Assembly: GCA_964635615.1 (NCBI GenBank)
Contig: CAZWNL010000011.1
Location: forward strand, 13,314 to 77,313
Source: an uncultured Bacteroides sp.
Lineage (GTDB): Bacteria > Bacillota > Clostridia > Lachnospirales > Lachnospiraceae
Direction: 5' to 3'
DNA: 64,000 nucleotides
The position numbers were made by a program, and so were the translations under genes. Shown here piece by piece: positions 55,285 through 64,000 of this stretch (within the stretch, counting starts at the first letter, position 1; each line of letters starts with the position of its first letter). The notes beneath the pieces were generated by a model, which saw only the letters and a program-made list of their open reading frames with translations, made no database searches and had not been told where the DNA came from.

Positions 55285-55752
55285 GTGATAATGGATATTA
55301 AAGATTTTTTATTTGGTGAGCGATTTACAAATGAAGATTTTGCTCTTTTTTCAGAAACTGAATTATCAGAAATAGAGGTGTTATCTGAGAAAGAAGCAAG
55401 TAATATATGGTATGATTACTGTGATGATGAAATATTGCCCAAAAGTTCATTTGCTATTAAAAACGGACTTGGTAAGTTGCTGCTTATTACGAATGATTGC
55501 GGTTGGGGCGAGGAAAAAGAAGAGAATGATACAAGATTATTAATTAAAAACACTTTGAGTAAATATATTGATGGTCATATTAACGTATGCTATTATAGTG
55601 ATTGTGCATTAAGAGTTTCTACGAGATTATTTTGTGAAAAATGGTCTGATTTTTGTTATCCATCAGATTATTTGATAATTGATTTTGGCGAAAAAGCACT
55701 TTTATACTATGAAGATAGGCTCTTTTATCTCGATAAAATAGATAAAACATGA
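55285..55752 (+). CDS. DUF2947-like hypothetical protein, AT-rich
   Basis: LSEKEASNIW...WSDFCYPSD pattern; abrupt shift to AT-rich DNA near 55280. Confidence 0.5.
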   Translation: MIMDIKDFLFGERFTNEDFALFSETELSEIEVLSEKEASNIWYDYCDDEILPKSSFAIKNGLGKLLLITNDCGWGEEKEENDTRLLIKNTLSKYIDGHINVCYYSDCALRVSTRLFCEKWSDFCYPSDYLIIDFGEKALLYYEDRLFYLDKIDKT

Positions 55753-55800
55753 ATATTCTGAGTTGAATGACTAATTTCGCATCAAATAGCTCCATAAAAT

Positions 55801-55829
55801 AAAAAAACGGCCTCACCGAGGTCGCTTTT
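55801..55829 (-). terminator. Terminator after tRNA-Gln
   Basis: CGGCCTC-ACC-GAGGTCG hairpin with an A run on the left (T run on the minus strand). Confidence 0.65.
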
Positions 55830-55831
55830 AG

Positions 55832-55903
55832 CTGGGCTACAAGGATTCGAACCTTGAAATGCTGGAGTCAGAGTCCAGTGCCTTACCATTTGGCGATAGC
55901 CCA
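55832..55903 (-). tRNA. tRNA-Gln(CTG)
   Basis: Minus strand TGGGCTATCGCCAAATGGTAAGGCACTGGACTCTGACTCCAGCATTTCAAGGTTCGAATCCTTGTAGCCCAG; anticodon arm CTGGA-CTCTGAC-TCCAG. Confidence 0.95.
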
Positions 55904-55915
55904 TTACGAGTTAAC

Positions 55916-55944
55916 ATTATAAAACAACAGGAGAGAAAATGCAA
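55916..55944 (-). promoter_or_regulatory. Sigma-A promoter of tRNA-Gln
   Basis: Minus strand TTGCAT-17bp-TATAAT. Confidence 0.7.
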
Positions 55945-56011
55945 GTATTTTTTTAAAATTTTTTATAACTATTTTATGACATTAGAATTTTAAACATTTT
56001 TACTAAAATAT

Positions 56012-56040
56012 TTGACAAACAGCAATTCATGGTTTAGAAT
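56012..56040 (+). promoter_or_regulatory. Sigma-A promoter
   Basis: TTGACA-17bp-TAGAAT. Confidence 0.7.
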
Positions 56041-56072
56041 TTCACATGTCATAAACGGTTAGGAGGATTGCT

Positions 56073-56414
56073 ATGAGCAGCATAATTTACGTTGTACCAT
56101 GGGCTATATGTGATACGGACAGTGTATATGTGAAAAAGGTTCCAAGCGATGAGGTCACGGAATTAGAAGCCGGTACCCCTGTATGGGACTGGTGTATAAA
56201 AAAAGTAGTTCCTAATCCGGATAGGAGAAGTAAGGATAAGTATGCAATTATAGATGTTTATAATGGTTATGATACACAGAAAAATGAAAAGGGAGTTTCA
56301 TTTTTCTCTTTAAGCAATTCAGCAGATAAGCTTATGGAGTGCGGTTTTGAAAAGGCATCAGATACAGAGGCAGCTTATATTAAACAAAAGGTATTGAAGG
56401 CTGCAAAAAAATAA
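56073..56414 (+). CDS. Hypothetical protein
   Basis: 113-aa ORF with RBS AGGAGG, its own promoter and a terminator-like hairpin (56443-56465). Confidence 0.7.
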   Translation: MSSIIYVVPWAICDTDSVYVKKVPSDEVTELEAGTPVWDWCIKKVVPNPDRRSKDKYAIIDVYNGYDTQKNEKGVSFFSLSNSADKLMECGFEKASDTEAAYIKQKVLKAAKK

Positions 56415-56518
56415 ATGTACAGGTTGTATGTGAAGTAATAAGGAGCTGAAAATCGGCTCTTTTTTACCTTGAAAATGTATTTGCCATATGTATGGTTTTA
56501 CAGGAAATGGAGTTTGAC

Positions 56519-57361
56519 ATGATAGAAATAGGGAAATGGAATACCTTAAAGGTAGTGAGAGAAAAGGAATTTGGCATATATTTGGCAGAGGAAGGCGGCG
56601 ATGCAAGAGATGCCGTACTGCTTCCTAAAAGACAGGTGCCTGAACATACAAAAAAGGGTGATGCCTTAAATGTATTTATATACAGGGATTCTGCCGATAG
56701 GCTTATCGCAACCGTAAATGAGCCGTACATTACAATAGGTGAGATAAAAAGGCTTGCTGTGAATGGGGTGACAAATATAGGCGCATTTATGGACTGGGGT
56801 CTTGAGAAGGACATTTTTCTTCCCTTTAAGGAGCAGACTACTAAGGTCAAGGTGGGAAAAGAGTACCTTGTGAGAATGTATGCGGATAAATCCGACAGGC
56901 TTTGTGTTTCCATGAAGCTGTATAATTATCTTCTGCCTATAGAGGGCTATGAGAAGGGGCAGGGCTTTAAGGGAATCATATACGAGTACAAGCAGGGAAT
57001 GGGAGCATTTGTCGCCATAGATGACAAGTATGGAGGACTTATCCATGAAAATGAGATTTATAACAATGTCTATGTTGGAGATGAGATAGAGGGACGAATC
57101 GTAAACATAAGAGAGGATGGAAGAGCGGATCTTGCGCTTAAGGATGTGGCATATAAGCAGATGATTTCAGACAGTGAAATGGTATACGATGTCATAAGAA
57201 GCTACAAGGGGGTGCTTCCTTTTAACGATAAAGCAGACAAAGAGATTATAAAAAGAGAAATGGGACTCAGTAAAAATGCCTTTAAGCGTGCTGTCGGAAA
57301 GCTGCTTAAGGAGGGCAAAATAAAAATTACGGAAAAAACCATTGAAATAAGGAGGAAATAA
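56519..57361 (+). CDS. cvfB: CvfB-family S1 RNA-binding protein
   Basis: MIEIGKWNTLKV...FGIYL; VFIYRDSADRLIAT; GAFMDWGLEKD; GLSKNAFKRAVGKL winged helix. Confidence 0.85.
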   Translation: MIEIGKWNTLKVVREKEFGIYLAEEGGDARDAVLLPKRQVPEHTKKGDALNVFIYRDSADRLIATVNEPYITIGEIKRLAVNGVTNIGAFMDWGLEKDIFLPFKEQTTKVKVGKEYLVRMYADKSDRLCVSMKLYNYLLPIEGYEKGQGFKGIIYEYKQGMGAFVAIDDKYGGLIHENEIYNNVYVGDEIEGRIVNIREDGRADLALKDVAYKQMISDSEMVYDVIRSYKGVLPFNDKADKEIIKREMGLSKNAFKRAVGKLLKEGKIKITEKTIEIRRK

Positions 57362-57363
57362 AA

Positions 57364-57747
57364 ATGAAGGAGATAATTTCAACAAAAAAGGCACCTGCGG
57401 CAATAGGACCGTATTCACAGGCGGTTGTTGTGGGGGATATGATTTACACATCGGGTATGATACCGATTATACCTGAGACAGGAGAACTTGAAAGCGGTGA
57501 TATTACTGCACAGGCACGTCAGGCAATATCAAATCTTATTGCACTTCTTGAGGAGGCAGGGTCAGATGCACAGTCAGTTGTAAAAACTACAGTATTTATA
57601 AAGGATATGAATGATTTTGCAAAGATAAATGAGGTTTATGCAACATTTTTTACTGACAATTACCCTGCACGTTCATGTGTTGAGGTGGCAAGGCTTCCGA
57701 AGGATGTGCTTATAGAGATTGAGGCAGTTGCAATAAAAAATAAGTAA
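57364..57747 (+). CDS. ridA: RidA family enamine/imine deaminase
   Basis: APAAIGPYSQA, PARSCVEVARLPK...IEIEAVA. Confidence 0.92.
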   Translation: MKEIISTKKAPAAIGPYSQAVVVGDMIYTSGMIPIIPETGELESGDITAQARQAISNLIALLEEAGSDAQSVVKTTVFIKDMNDFAKINEVYATFFTDNYPARSCVEVARLPKDVLIEIEAVAIKNK

Positions 57748-57791
57748 AATTTCTAAGATGTTTGTTATCACATTATTTGCAGGGAAAAATC

Positions 57792-57820
57792 TTGCGTAAT
57801 TAACATTAGGGTGGTAAACT
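57792..57820 (+). promoter_or_regulatory. Sigma-A promoter of ilvE
   Basis: TTGCGT-17bp-TAAACT with an extended TG. Confidence 0.6.
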
Positions 57821-57848
57821 AGATTGGGTAGAAAGGAAGTATACTATT

Positions 57849-58871
57849 ATGAGTAAAAATATTGATTGGTCAAATTTAGGTTTTGGATACATTGAAACAG
57901 ATAAGAGATATGTATCAAATTATAAGGACGGAGCATGGGATGAAGGAGCGCTTGTTGATGATCCGATGGTTACAATAAGTGAATGTGCCTGTGTTCTTCA
58001 GTATGCGCAGACCTGTTTTGAGGGACTGAAGGCATATACCACTGAGGACGGACGTATTGTATGCTTCAGACCTGATCTTAATGCACAGAGAATGGCAGAT
58101 ACATGTAAGAGACTTGAGATGCCTGTATTTCCTGAGGATAGATTTGTACAGGCTGTTGTTGATACCGTAAAGGCAAATGCGGACTATGTTCCGCCGTTTG
58201 GTTCAGGTGCAACACTCTACATAAGGCCATACATGTTTGGAAGCAATGCGGTTATCGGTGTAAAGCCGGCAGATGAGTATCAGTTCCGCGTATTTACAAC
58301 ACCTGTAGGTCCTTATTTTAAGGGAGGCGCAAAGCCTATTGTTATTCGTGTGAGTGATTTTGACAGAGCGGCACCTCATGGAACGGGACATATCAAAGCG
58401 GGACTTAACTATGCAATGAGCCTTCATGCAATCGTTGATGCACATGATAAGGGTTATGCTGAGAATATGTATCTTGACGCTGCTACACGTACTAAGGTTG
58501 AGGAGACAGGCGGAGCAAACTTTATTTTCATAACAAAGGACGGCAAGCTTGTAACTCCTAAGTCAGACAGCATACTTCCTTCAATTACAAGACGCTCTCT
58601 TATGGTTGTTGCTGAGAAATATCTCGGTATGACTGTTGAGCACAGAGAGGTATATTTTGATGAGGTTAAGGATTTTGCTGAGTGTGGCCTTTGCGGAACG
58701 GCAGCGGTAATTTCACCTGTAGGAAGGATAGATGACCACGGAAAGGAAATCTGCTTCCCAAGCGGCATGGATGATATGGGACCTGTAACAAAGAAGCTTT
58801 ATGATACTCTTACAGGTATTCAGATGGGCAAAATCGAGGCACCTGAAGGATGGATTAAAGAAATCAAATAA
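57849..58871 (+). CDS. ilvE: Branched-chain amino acid aminotransferase
   Basis: LQYAQTCFEGLKAY, FRPDLNAQR, LYIRP, IKAGLNYA, ILPSITR. Confidence 0.95.
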   Translation: MSKNIDWSNLGFGYIETDKRYVSNYKDGAWDEGALVDDPMVTISECACVLQYAQTCFEGLKAYTTEDGRIVCFRPDLNAQRMADTCKRLEMPVFPEDRFVQAVVDTVKANADYVPPFGSGATLYIRPYMFGSNAVIGVKPADEYQFRVFTTPVGPYFKGGAKPIVIRVSDFDRAAPHGTGHIKAGLNYAMSLHAIVDAHDKGYAENMYLDAATRTKVEETGGANFIFITKDGKLVTPKSDSILPSITRRSLMVVAEKYLGMTVEHREVYFDEVKDFAECGLCGTAAVISPVGRIDDHGKEICFPSGMDDMGPVTKKLYDTLTGIQMGKIEAPEGWIKEIK

Positions 58872-58886
58872 CAGTGGATTTATAAA

Positions 58887-58994
58887 GGGGCTGTCGCACT
58901 AGGAGTATTTATATCATAATATAAAAATCGTTTGGAGACGAGCGAAAGCGTATTTTTGATATTATGATATAAATACGCTTAGTGTGACAACCCC
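58887..58994. repeat. 108-bp palindromic element (copy C, empty form, opposite orientation)
   Basis: Outer arms GGGGCTGTCGCACT/AGTGTGACAACCCC; centre reads CGCTTTCGCTCGTCTC|CAAACG on the minus strand, with no insert. Confidence 0.85.
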
Positions 58995-59029
58995 GTTTTT
59001 AATATATACACATGTAAAGGCGGTAAAAT

Positions 59030-59731
59030 ATGAGTTATGTAAGATTTAAGGATGTATGCAAAACCTATCATAGCGGAGACGTTAAGGTTGAGGCGCTTAA
59101 GGATGCAAGCTTTGAGGTTGAAAAGGGCGAGATATGTGTTATCGTGGGACAATCAGGGGCAGGAAAGACAACGCTGTTAAATATATTAGGCGGTATGGAT
59201 AAACTGACAAGCGGAGAAATATATCTTGAGGATAAGAAGGTGTCTGAGCTTAGCAAAAAACAGCTTGCCACCTACAGAAGGCAGGATATAGGATTTGTAT
59301 TTCAGTTTTACAACCTGATACCCAATCTTACGGCAATAGAAAATATAGAGATTGCCACACAGCTTTCAAAGGACCCTATGGACCCTGAGGATGTTCTCAG
59401 GCTTGTGGGTCTTAAGGATAGGCGTGACAATTTCCCTGCACAGCTTTCAGGTGGAGAACAGCAGAGGGTGTCAATTGCAAGAGCCCTTGCCAAAAACCCT
59501 AAGCTTCTTTTATGCGATGAGCCTACGGGTGCCCTTGACTATGAAACGGGTAAGGCTGTACTAAAGCTTTTGCAGGATTGCAGTAGAAAAAATAAAATGA
59601 CAGTTATTATCATTACACATAATCAGGCTCTGACCGCCATGGCAGACAGAGTTATAAAGGTTAAAAACGGACACATTTCCTCCGTAAAAATAAATGAAAA
59701 TGTTATTCCAGTGGAAAATATTGAATGGTAA
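59030..59731 (+). CDS. MacB/LolD-like ABC transporter ATP-binding protein
   Basis: [35 protein letters not shown]. Confidence 0.92.
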   Translation: MSYVRFKDVCKTYHSGDVKVEALKDASFEVEKGEICVIVGQSGAGKTTLLNILGGMDKLTSGEIYLEDKKVSELSKKQLATYRRQDIGFVFQFYNLIPNLTAIENIEIATQLSKDPMDPEDVLRLVGLKDRRDNFPAQLSGGEQQRVSIARALAKNPKLLLCDEPTGALDYETGKAVLKLLQDCSRKNKMTVIIITHNQALTAMADRVIKVKNGHISSVKINENVIPVENIEW

Positions 59732-59750
59732 AATTGATAGGGGATAAAAA

Positions 59751-62384
59751 TTGAAGAATGCATATGGTAAAAACATTACCCGTACCATAGGAAGAAGCTT
59801 TGGAAGGTATCTTGCCATTATGGCGATTATAGCTTTGGGAGTAGGATTTTTTTCAGGCCTGAAGGTGACAAAGCCTGCCATGGTAACTACGGGAAACAAT
59901 TACATAAGGGAACACAGCCTGTATGATTTTAAGCTTCTTTCCACATACGGCTTTACTGATGACGAGGTGGAAAAAATGTCCGAAATGGCAATGGTTGCCG
60001 AGGGAGCCTACAGCCAGGATTTTATTTATGTGGATTCCGAGGGATATGAGTCTGTCATTAAGGCAAATTCCATTACTGAAAATATAAATAAATTAAATCT
60101 TGTGTCGGGATGTCTGCCAAAGGATGAAAGCGAATGCGTGCTTGACGCTTATTCCTACGGCGAGGATATGATAGGTCGGGAAATTTCCATTGATGAAAGC
60201 AATTCGGATGAAATAAAGGATGCTTTTTCAAGGGATACATATACTGTTGTGGGTACTGTTTATTCCCCTGTATATCTGAATTATGAAAGGGGAACCACAA
60301 GTCTTGGAAACGGAAGGCTTGGAGGCTTTGTCTACATGCTGCCCGGTGCATTTTCCTCAGAATATTATACGGAAATGTATCTGAAATGTCAGGACAGCTA
60401 TGACATATATACAGATGAATATGATGATTTTATTGATGAGAGGACCTTTTACATTGAGGAGCATTTAAAGGAGACTGCAAATGCAAGATATGAGGATTTG
60501 CTTGACGAAATAAACTCCGAGTATGACAAGGCTGTTGAAGAAATTAAGGTTAAGGTTACTGATGCCTACAGACAAGCCTTTTATGAGCAGATGATGGCAC
60601 AGGGCTTTACGGAGTCCATTATAGATGCCTTTTTTGCCGACGGAACATTAACGCTTCCTCAGGAGGATATAGATAAGGAAATAGACAGGCTTGTAGGTGA
60701 AATCGAGCTGCCAGAGCTCTCTGAGCCTGAAACCTTTGTGCTTGACAGAAATTCAAATATCGGGTATGTGTGTTTTAAAAATGATTCTGCAATCGTTGAG
60801 GGTATTGCAAGGGTATTTCCGGTATTTTTCTTTCTTATAGCTGCACTTGTGTGCTCAACAACAATGACGAGGATGATTGATGATGAAAGAGGGCAGATAG
60901 GAACCTTTCGTGCGCTTGGCTACAGTAATTCTTCTATAATTGCAAAATACATCATTTATTCGGGAAGCGCAGCAGGTATAGGCGGACTTGCAGGCTTTTT
61001 CGGAGGTACGTTTTTGTTCCCTTACGTCATATGGTCTACCTATGATTTGCTGTACGGCTTTGCGGAAATTAAATATTATTTTTCTGGATTGATGCTTGTT
61101 CTTTCTCTTATTGTGGCTTTCCTTTGCTCTGCGGGCACAACATATCTTGCCTGCAAAAATGAGCTTAGATGTATGCCGGCTGAGCTTATAAGACCGAAGG
61201 CTCCTGCTGCGGGAAAAAGAATACTGCTTGAAAAGATTAATTTCATTTGGAAGCATATGAAATTTCTTCACAAGGTTACCGCAAGAAATGTATTCAGATT
61301 TAAAAAGCGTATGTTTATGATGATTATAGGAATAGCAGGGTGTACGGCTCTTGTTATGACGGGACTTGGTCTAAAGGATTCCATTTCAAACATTGCAGCT
61401 TTTCAGTATGATGAGATAGAGGTTTTTGACATAGATGCAACATTTTCCAAGACAGTGGACGATGCCTCAAAAAAGGAAATAGAAAAGCAGCTTGGAGATG
61501 TAATAATGTCTTCGACGGAGATATATAAAACCTCAATGGAATACCGAACAGATGATGTGTCTAAGACGGTATATCTTACTGCCGCTGACGGGGACAGTCT
61601 TGAGGATTTTGTTGATTTTCACAGAAACGGGGAAAAGGTGGAATATCCGGAATATGGAGAGGTGCTGCTTTCTAAGGGGCTTGCGGAGACGGCAGGCGTA
61701 AAGGATGGAGATGTATTTACACTTACGGATAATGACGGAAGGGAGACTGAACTTAAGGTTTCCGGCATATTTGAAAATTATGTATGGCATTATGCATATG
61801 TAACACCTGAAACCTATAGGGACTTTTTTGATGCAGAATATGAGCCGAATTCAATGTTTATAAATCTATCGGAGGCGGCGGACCCATATGAGGCAGGTGC
61901 AACGCTTACGGATATAGACGGAGTTATGAATGTGAATGTCGTTGCCGCATTAAAGGACAGAATAGCTAATATGATGAAGATGCTTGATTCGGTTGTATGG
62001 CTTGTAATAGGCTGTGCCGCTGCACTTGCATTCATAGTACTTATTAATTTGAGCAACATTAACATAACGGAGCGTGTAAGGGAAATTGCAACAATAAAGG
62101 TGCTGGGCTTTTACGCGGGAGAGACGGGCTCGTATGTTTTCAGGGAAAACCTTGTCCTGACCATACTTGGAATAATCGTGGGACTGCCTCTTGGAAAATG
62201 GCTTCACGCATTTGTGATGTCCCAGATTAAAATTGACCTTATTTCCTTCAAGATAACCATACTTCCTGTAAGCTATATAATAGGTGTAATAACAGTGCTT
62301 ATGTTTTTGGTAATAGTGGATATTATTATGAGAAGGAAGCTTGAAGCTATTGATATGGCGGAATCTCTTAAATCCATAGAATAA
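59751..62384 (+). CDS. FtsX/MacB-like ABC transporter permease (duplicated)
   Basis: TTG start; two FtsX halves (ERGQIGTFRALGY, ERVREIATIKVLGF) with large extracellular loops. Confidence 0.88.
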   Translation: MKNAYGKNITRTIGRSFGRYLAIMAIIALGVGFFSGLKVTKPAMVTTGNNYIREHSLYDFKLLSTYGFTDDEVEKMSEMAMVAEGAYSQDFIYVDSEGYESVIKANSITENINKLNLVSGCLPKDESECVLDAYSYGEDMIGREISIDESNSDEIKDAFSRDTYTVVGTVYSPVYLNYERGTTSLGNGRLGGFVYMLPGAFSSEYYTEMYLKCQDSYDIYTDEYDDFIDERTFYIEEHLKETANARYEDLLDEINSEYDKAVEEIKVKVTDAYRQAFYEQMMAQGFTESIIDAFFADGTLTLPQEDIDKEIDRLVGEIELPELSEPETFVLDRNSNIGYVCFKNDSAIVEGIARVFPVFFFLIAALVCSTTMTRMIDDERGQIGTFRALGYSNSSIIAKYIIYSGSAAGIGGLAGFFGGTFLFPYVIWSTYDLLYGFAEIKYYFSGLMLVLSLIVAFLCSAGTTYLACKNELRCMPAELIRPKAPAAGKRILLEKINFIWKHMKFLHKVTARNVFRFKKRMFMMIIGIAGCTALVMTGLGLKDSISNIAAFQYDEIEVFDIDATFSKTVDDASKKEIEKQLGDVIMSSTEIYKTSMEYRTDDVSKTVYLTAADGDSLEDFVDFHRNGEKVEYPEYGEVLLSKGLAETAGVKDGDVFTLTDNDGRETELKVSGIFENYVWHYAYVTPETYRDFFDAEYEPNSMFINLSEAADPYEAGATLTDIDGVMNVNVVAALKDRIANMMKMLDSVVWLVIGCAAALAFIVLINLSNINITERVREIATIKVLGFYAGETGSYVFRENLVLTILGIIVGLPLGKWLHAFVMSQIKIDLISFKITILPVSYIIGVITVLMFLVIVDIIMRRKLEAIDMAESLKSIE

Positions 62385-62407
62385 AATTATTGAAAAGGAA
62401 AGTTATA

Positions 62408-64000
62408 ATGAGTGAAAAAAGAATATTAAAAAATAAAATGTTTTTATACCTTACGGAATTTTTTGCAGGAATGTCCGTGATGGCTGTGGAGCTTGGAGCA
62501 AGCAGACTTCTTGCTCCATATTTCAGCTCATCCCAAATAGTTTGGACAATCATTATTGGAACAATAATGATTGCAATGGCGCTTGGAAATATATACGGAG
62601 GAAGAAGTGCGGACAAAAATCCAAATCCCGATAAGCTTTATGGCAGAATTTTAATTGCAGCCGTATGGATAGCGCTTATTCCTGTTCTGGGAAAATATAT
62701 TATTCTGGGTATTTCGGCGCTTCTTGTTTTTACGGTTAATAACAACTTTCTCATATGGGCGGCATTTTCTGCCTGTATGGTTATATTTGTGTTCCCGCTC
62801 TTTCTTCTTGGGACGGTCACACCATCGCTTGCAAAATATTCAGTGGAAAGCCTTGAGGAAAGCGGAAAGGTTGTGGGTAACCTTGGGGCGTTTAACACAA
62901 TAGGAAGTATAATCGGAACATTCCTGCCTACATTTGTAACCATACCTGCGGTGGGAACGTCCATTACATTTCTTATATTTGCAGGGGTGCTTATGCTCCT
63001 TGGAATTATATATTTTGTAAGCTGCAGGACTGGTAAGATTAAGTCTACCGTTTCGATTGTAATTCTTATTATAAGCTGCATTTTTGGCTCGTCGGACAGC
63101 TTTGCATTTTGGGAAAAGGATTTGACCTATGAGGGTGAGTCCGTATACAACTACCTTCAGATTAAAGAAAATGATGAGAAGGTTTACCTTTCCACAAATG
63201 TCCTTTTCGGCGTACAGTCTGTTTATGTCAAGGAGGAGAGGCTTACGGGTATGTATTATGATTATGCAATGGCCGCACCCCTTATGGCAGGGCTGTCAAA
63301 AAAGGACAGTATGAATATTCTTATACTTGGTATGGGGACGGGAACCTATGCAACCCAGTGCAGCAGGTACTATGATAATGTTGTCTGTACAGGAGTTGAG
63401 ATTGATGAAAAAATAACAAAGCTTGCAAGAGAATATTTTGAGCTGCCTGAGAATGTGAAGGTTACAACCTATGATGGAAGGGCATACTTAAATGCAATAG
63501 ATGAGAAATATGACGTTATAATGGTGGACGCTTATCAGGATATAACAATCCCATTTCAGATGTCATCCGTTGAATTTTTTACCCTAGTAAAGGAGCATCT
63601 TACACCTGACGGGGTTATGGTTGTCAATATGAATATGAGGGGCAACAGTGAGGGCGATATAAATCAGCATCTTGCAGATACCATTTCACAGGTGTTTGAT
63701 GAGGTTTATACTGTTGATGGTGAACACTCCACAAACCGTCAGCTTTTTGCATCTAATAACAAAACTATGATGGAAACCTTTTACGCTGAAGTGGAGGCGT
63801 TATCATCGGATAATGCATTGCAGGGTGAATTGAAGAATTTTATGGAACAAAAGCTAGAGGGACATCTCATGGCATATGAGGCGGGTAACTATGTTATGAC
63901 CGATGATAAGGCACCGGTGGAGCTTCTTGGAATGCAGGTCATAGATGAGCTTATTAAAGAAGATGTTATGTATTACAAGAAAATATATGAGGAGGAAGGG
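62408..64000 (+). CDS. Fused MFS-like membrane domain / spermidine synthase-like methyltransferase; 3' partial
   Basis: ATG 62408; VELGASRLLAPYFSSS, LILGMGTGT, GVEID, YDGR, DVIMVDAY; no stop before the window end. Confidence 0.85.
   Translation, partial: MSEKRILKNKMFLYLTEFFAGMSVMAVELGASRLLAPYFSSSQIVWTIIIGTIMIAMALGNIYGGRSADKNPNPDKLYGRILIAAVWIALIPVLGKYIILGISALLVFTVNNNFLIWAAFSACMVIFVFPLFLLGTVTPSLAKYSVESLEESGKVVGNLGAFNTIGSIIGTFLPTFVTIPAVGTSITFLIFAGVLMLLGIIYFVSCRTGKIKSTVSIVILIISCIFGSSDSFAFWEKDLTYEGESVYNYLQIKENDEKVYLSTNVLFGVQSVYVKEERLTGMYYDYAMAAPLMAGLSKKDSMNILILGMGTGTYATQCSRYYDNVVCTGVEIDEKITKLAREYFELPENVKVTTYDGRAYLNAIDEKYDVIMVDAYQDITIPFQMSSVEFFTLVKEHLTPDGVMVVNMNMRGNSEGDINQHLADTISQVFDEVYTVDGEHSTNRQLFASNNKTMMETFYAEVEALSSDNALQGELKNFMEQKLEGHLMAYEAGNYVMTDDKAPVELLGMQVIDELIKEDVMYYKKIYEEEG

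Larger units (their letters stand above)
53442..55783 (+). CRISPR. Atypical CRISPR-like array: 36-bp repeats with gene-sized intervals
   Basis: GTTGAATGACCCGCCCAAAATGGTGCATCGTTCAAC at 53442-53477; same sequence with one mismatch at 54387-54422; degenerate GTTGAATGAC...GCATC at 55762-55783; intervals of 909 and 1339 bp; AT-rich leader and Cas2 remnant upstream. Confidence 0.45.

Noticed and set aside
53442-55783. A conventional CRISPR array with short spacers, or a tracrRNA
   Set aside because: No repeat recurs at 60-80 bp periodicity, no anti-repeat was found nearby, and no effector or cas1 gene is present. It is reported only as an atypical CRISPR-like array.
61-63314. The many 60-240 aa ORFs in the track that overlap or oppose the called genes (e.g. 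12643..13266 -, 33002..33514 +, 36690..37415 -, 47026..47496 -)
   Set aside because: They are shadow frames of well-supported genes, with no RBS, no motifs, and a composition typical of antisense translation.

Overview
A 64-kb chromosomal window from a low-GC Firmicute; gene content and style suggest Lachnospiraceae or a related clostridial gut anaerobe. Most of it is housekeeping and nutrient uptake: an AmmeMemoRadiSam locus with a fused RNA kinase-phosphatase-ligase, glutamine synthetase III, a cobalamin-riboswitch ECF uptake operon with large surface proteins, a degenerate SbcD/SbcC-like pair, prs, dnaC/dnaD-like genes, murC, nadBC, LemA/LytTR/DUF3021/ABC, a GH16-CBM4 glucanase, rpmG-secE-nusG-rplK-rplA, an ACP/BtrH-like/PPTase trio, a membrane-fused ECF sigma factor, two tRNAs, cvfB, ridA, ilvE and ABC/spermidine-synthase-like genes. 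The most unusual part is a 2.7-kb island between convergent tRNA-Arg and tRNA-Gln. It has a 3' remnant of a Cas2-like gene, an AT-rich leader, then a 36-bp GTT...AAC palindromic repeat (two full copies differing at one base, and a degenerate third). The repeats are separated not by short spacers but by 909-bp and 1339-bp foreign-looking fragments. Each fragment starts mid-gene and carries intact membrane or immunity-like genes, which suggests a CRISPR-derived gene-capture array (inference). Other highlights: a family of nested modular palindromes built from GNA mini-hairpins, and a GH16 polyprotein with an internal sortase signal followed by a second signal peptide. All family assignments come from motif recognition by eye; no database searches were run.
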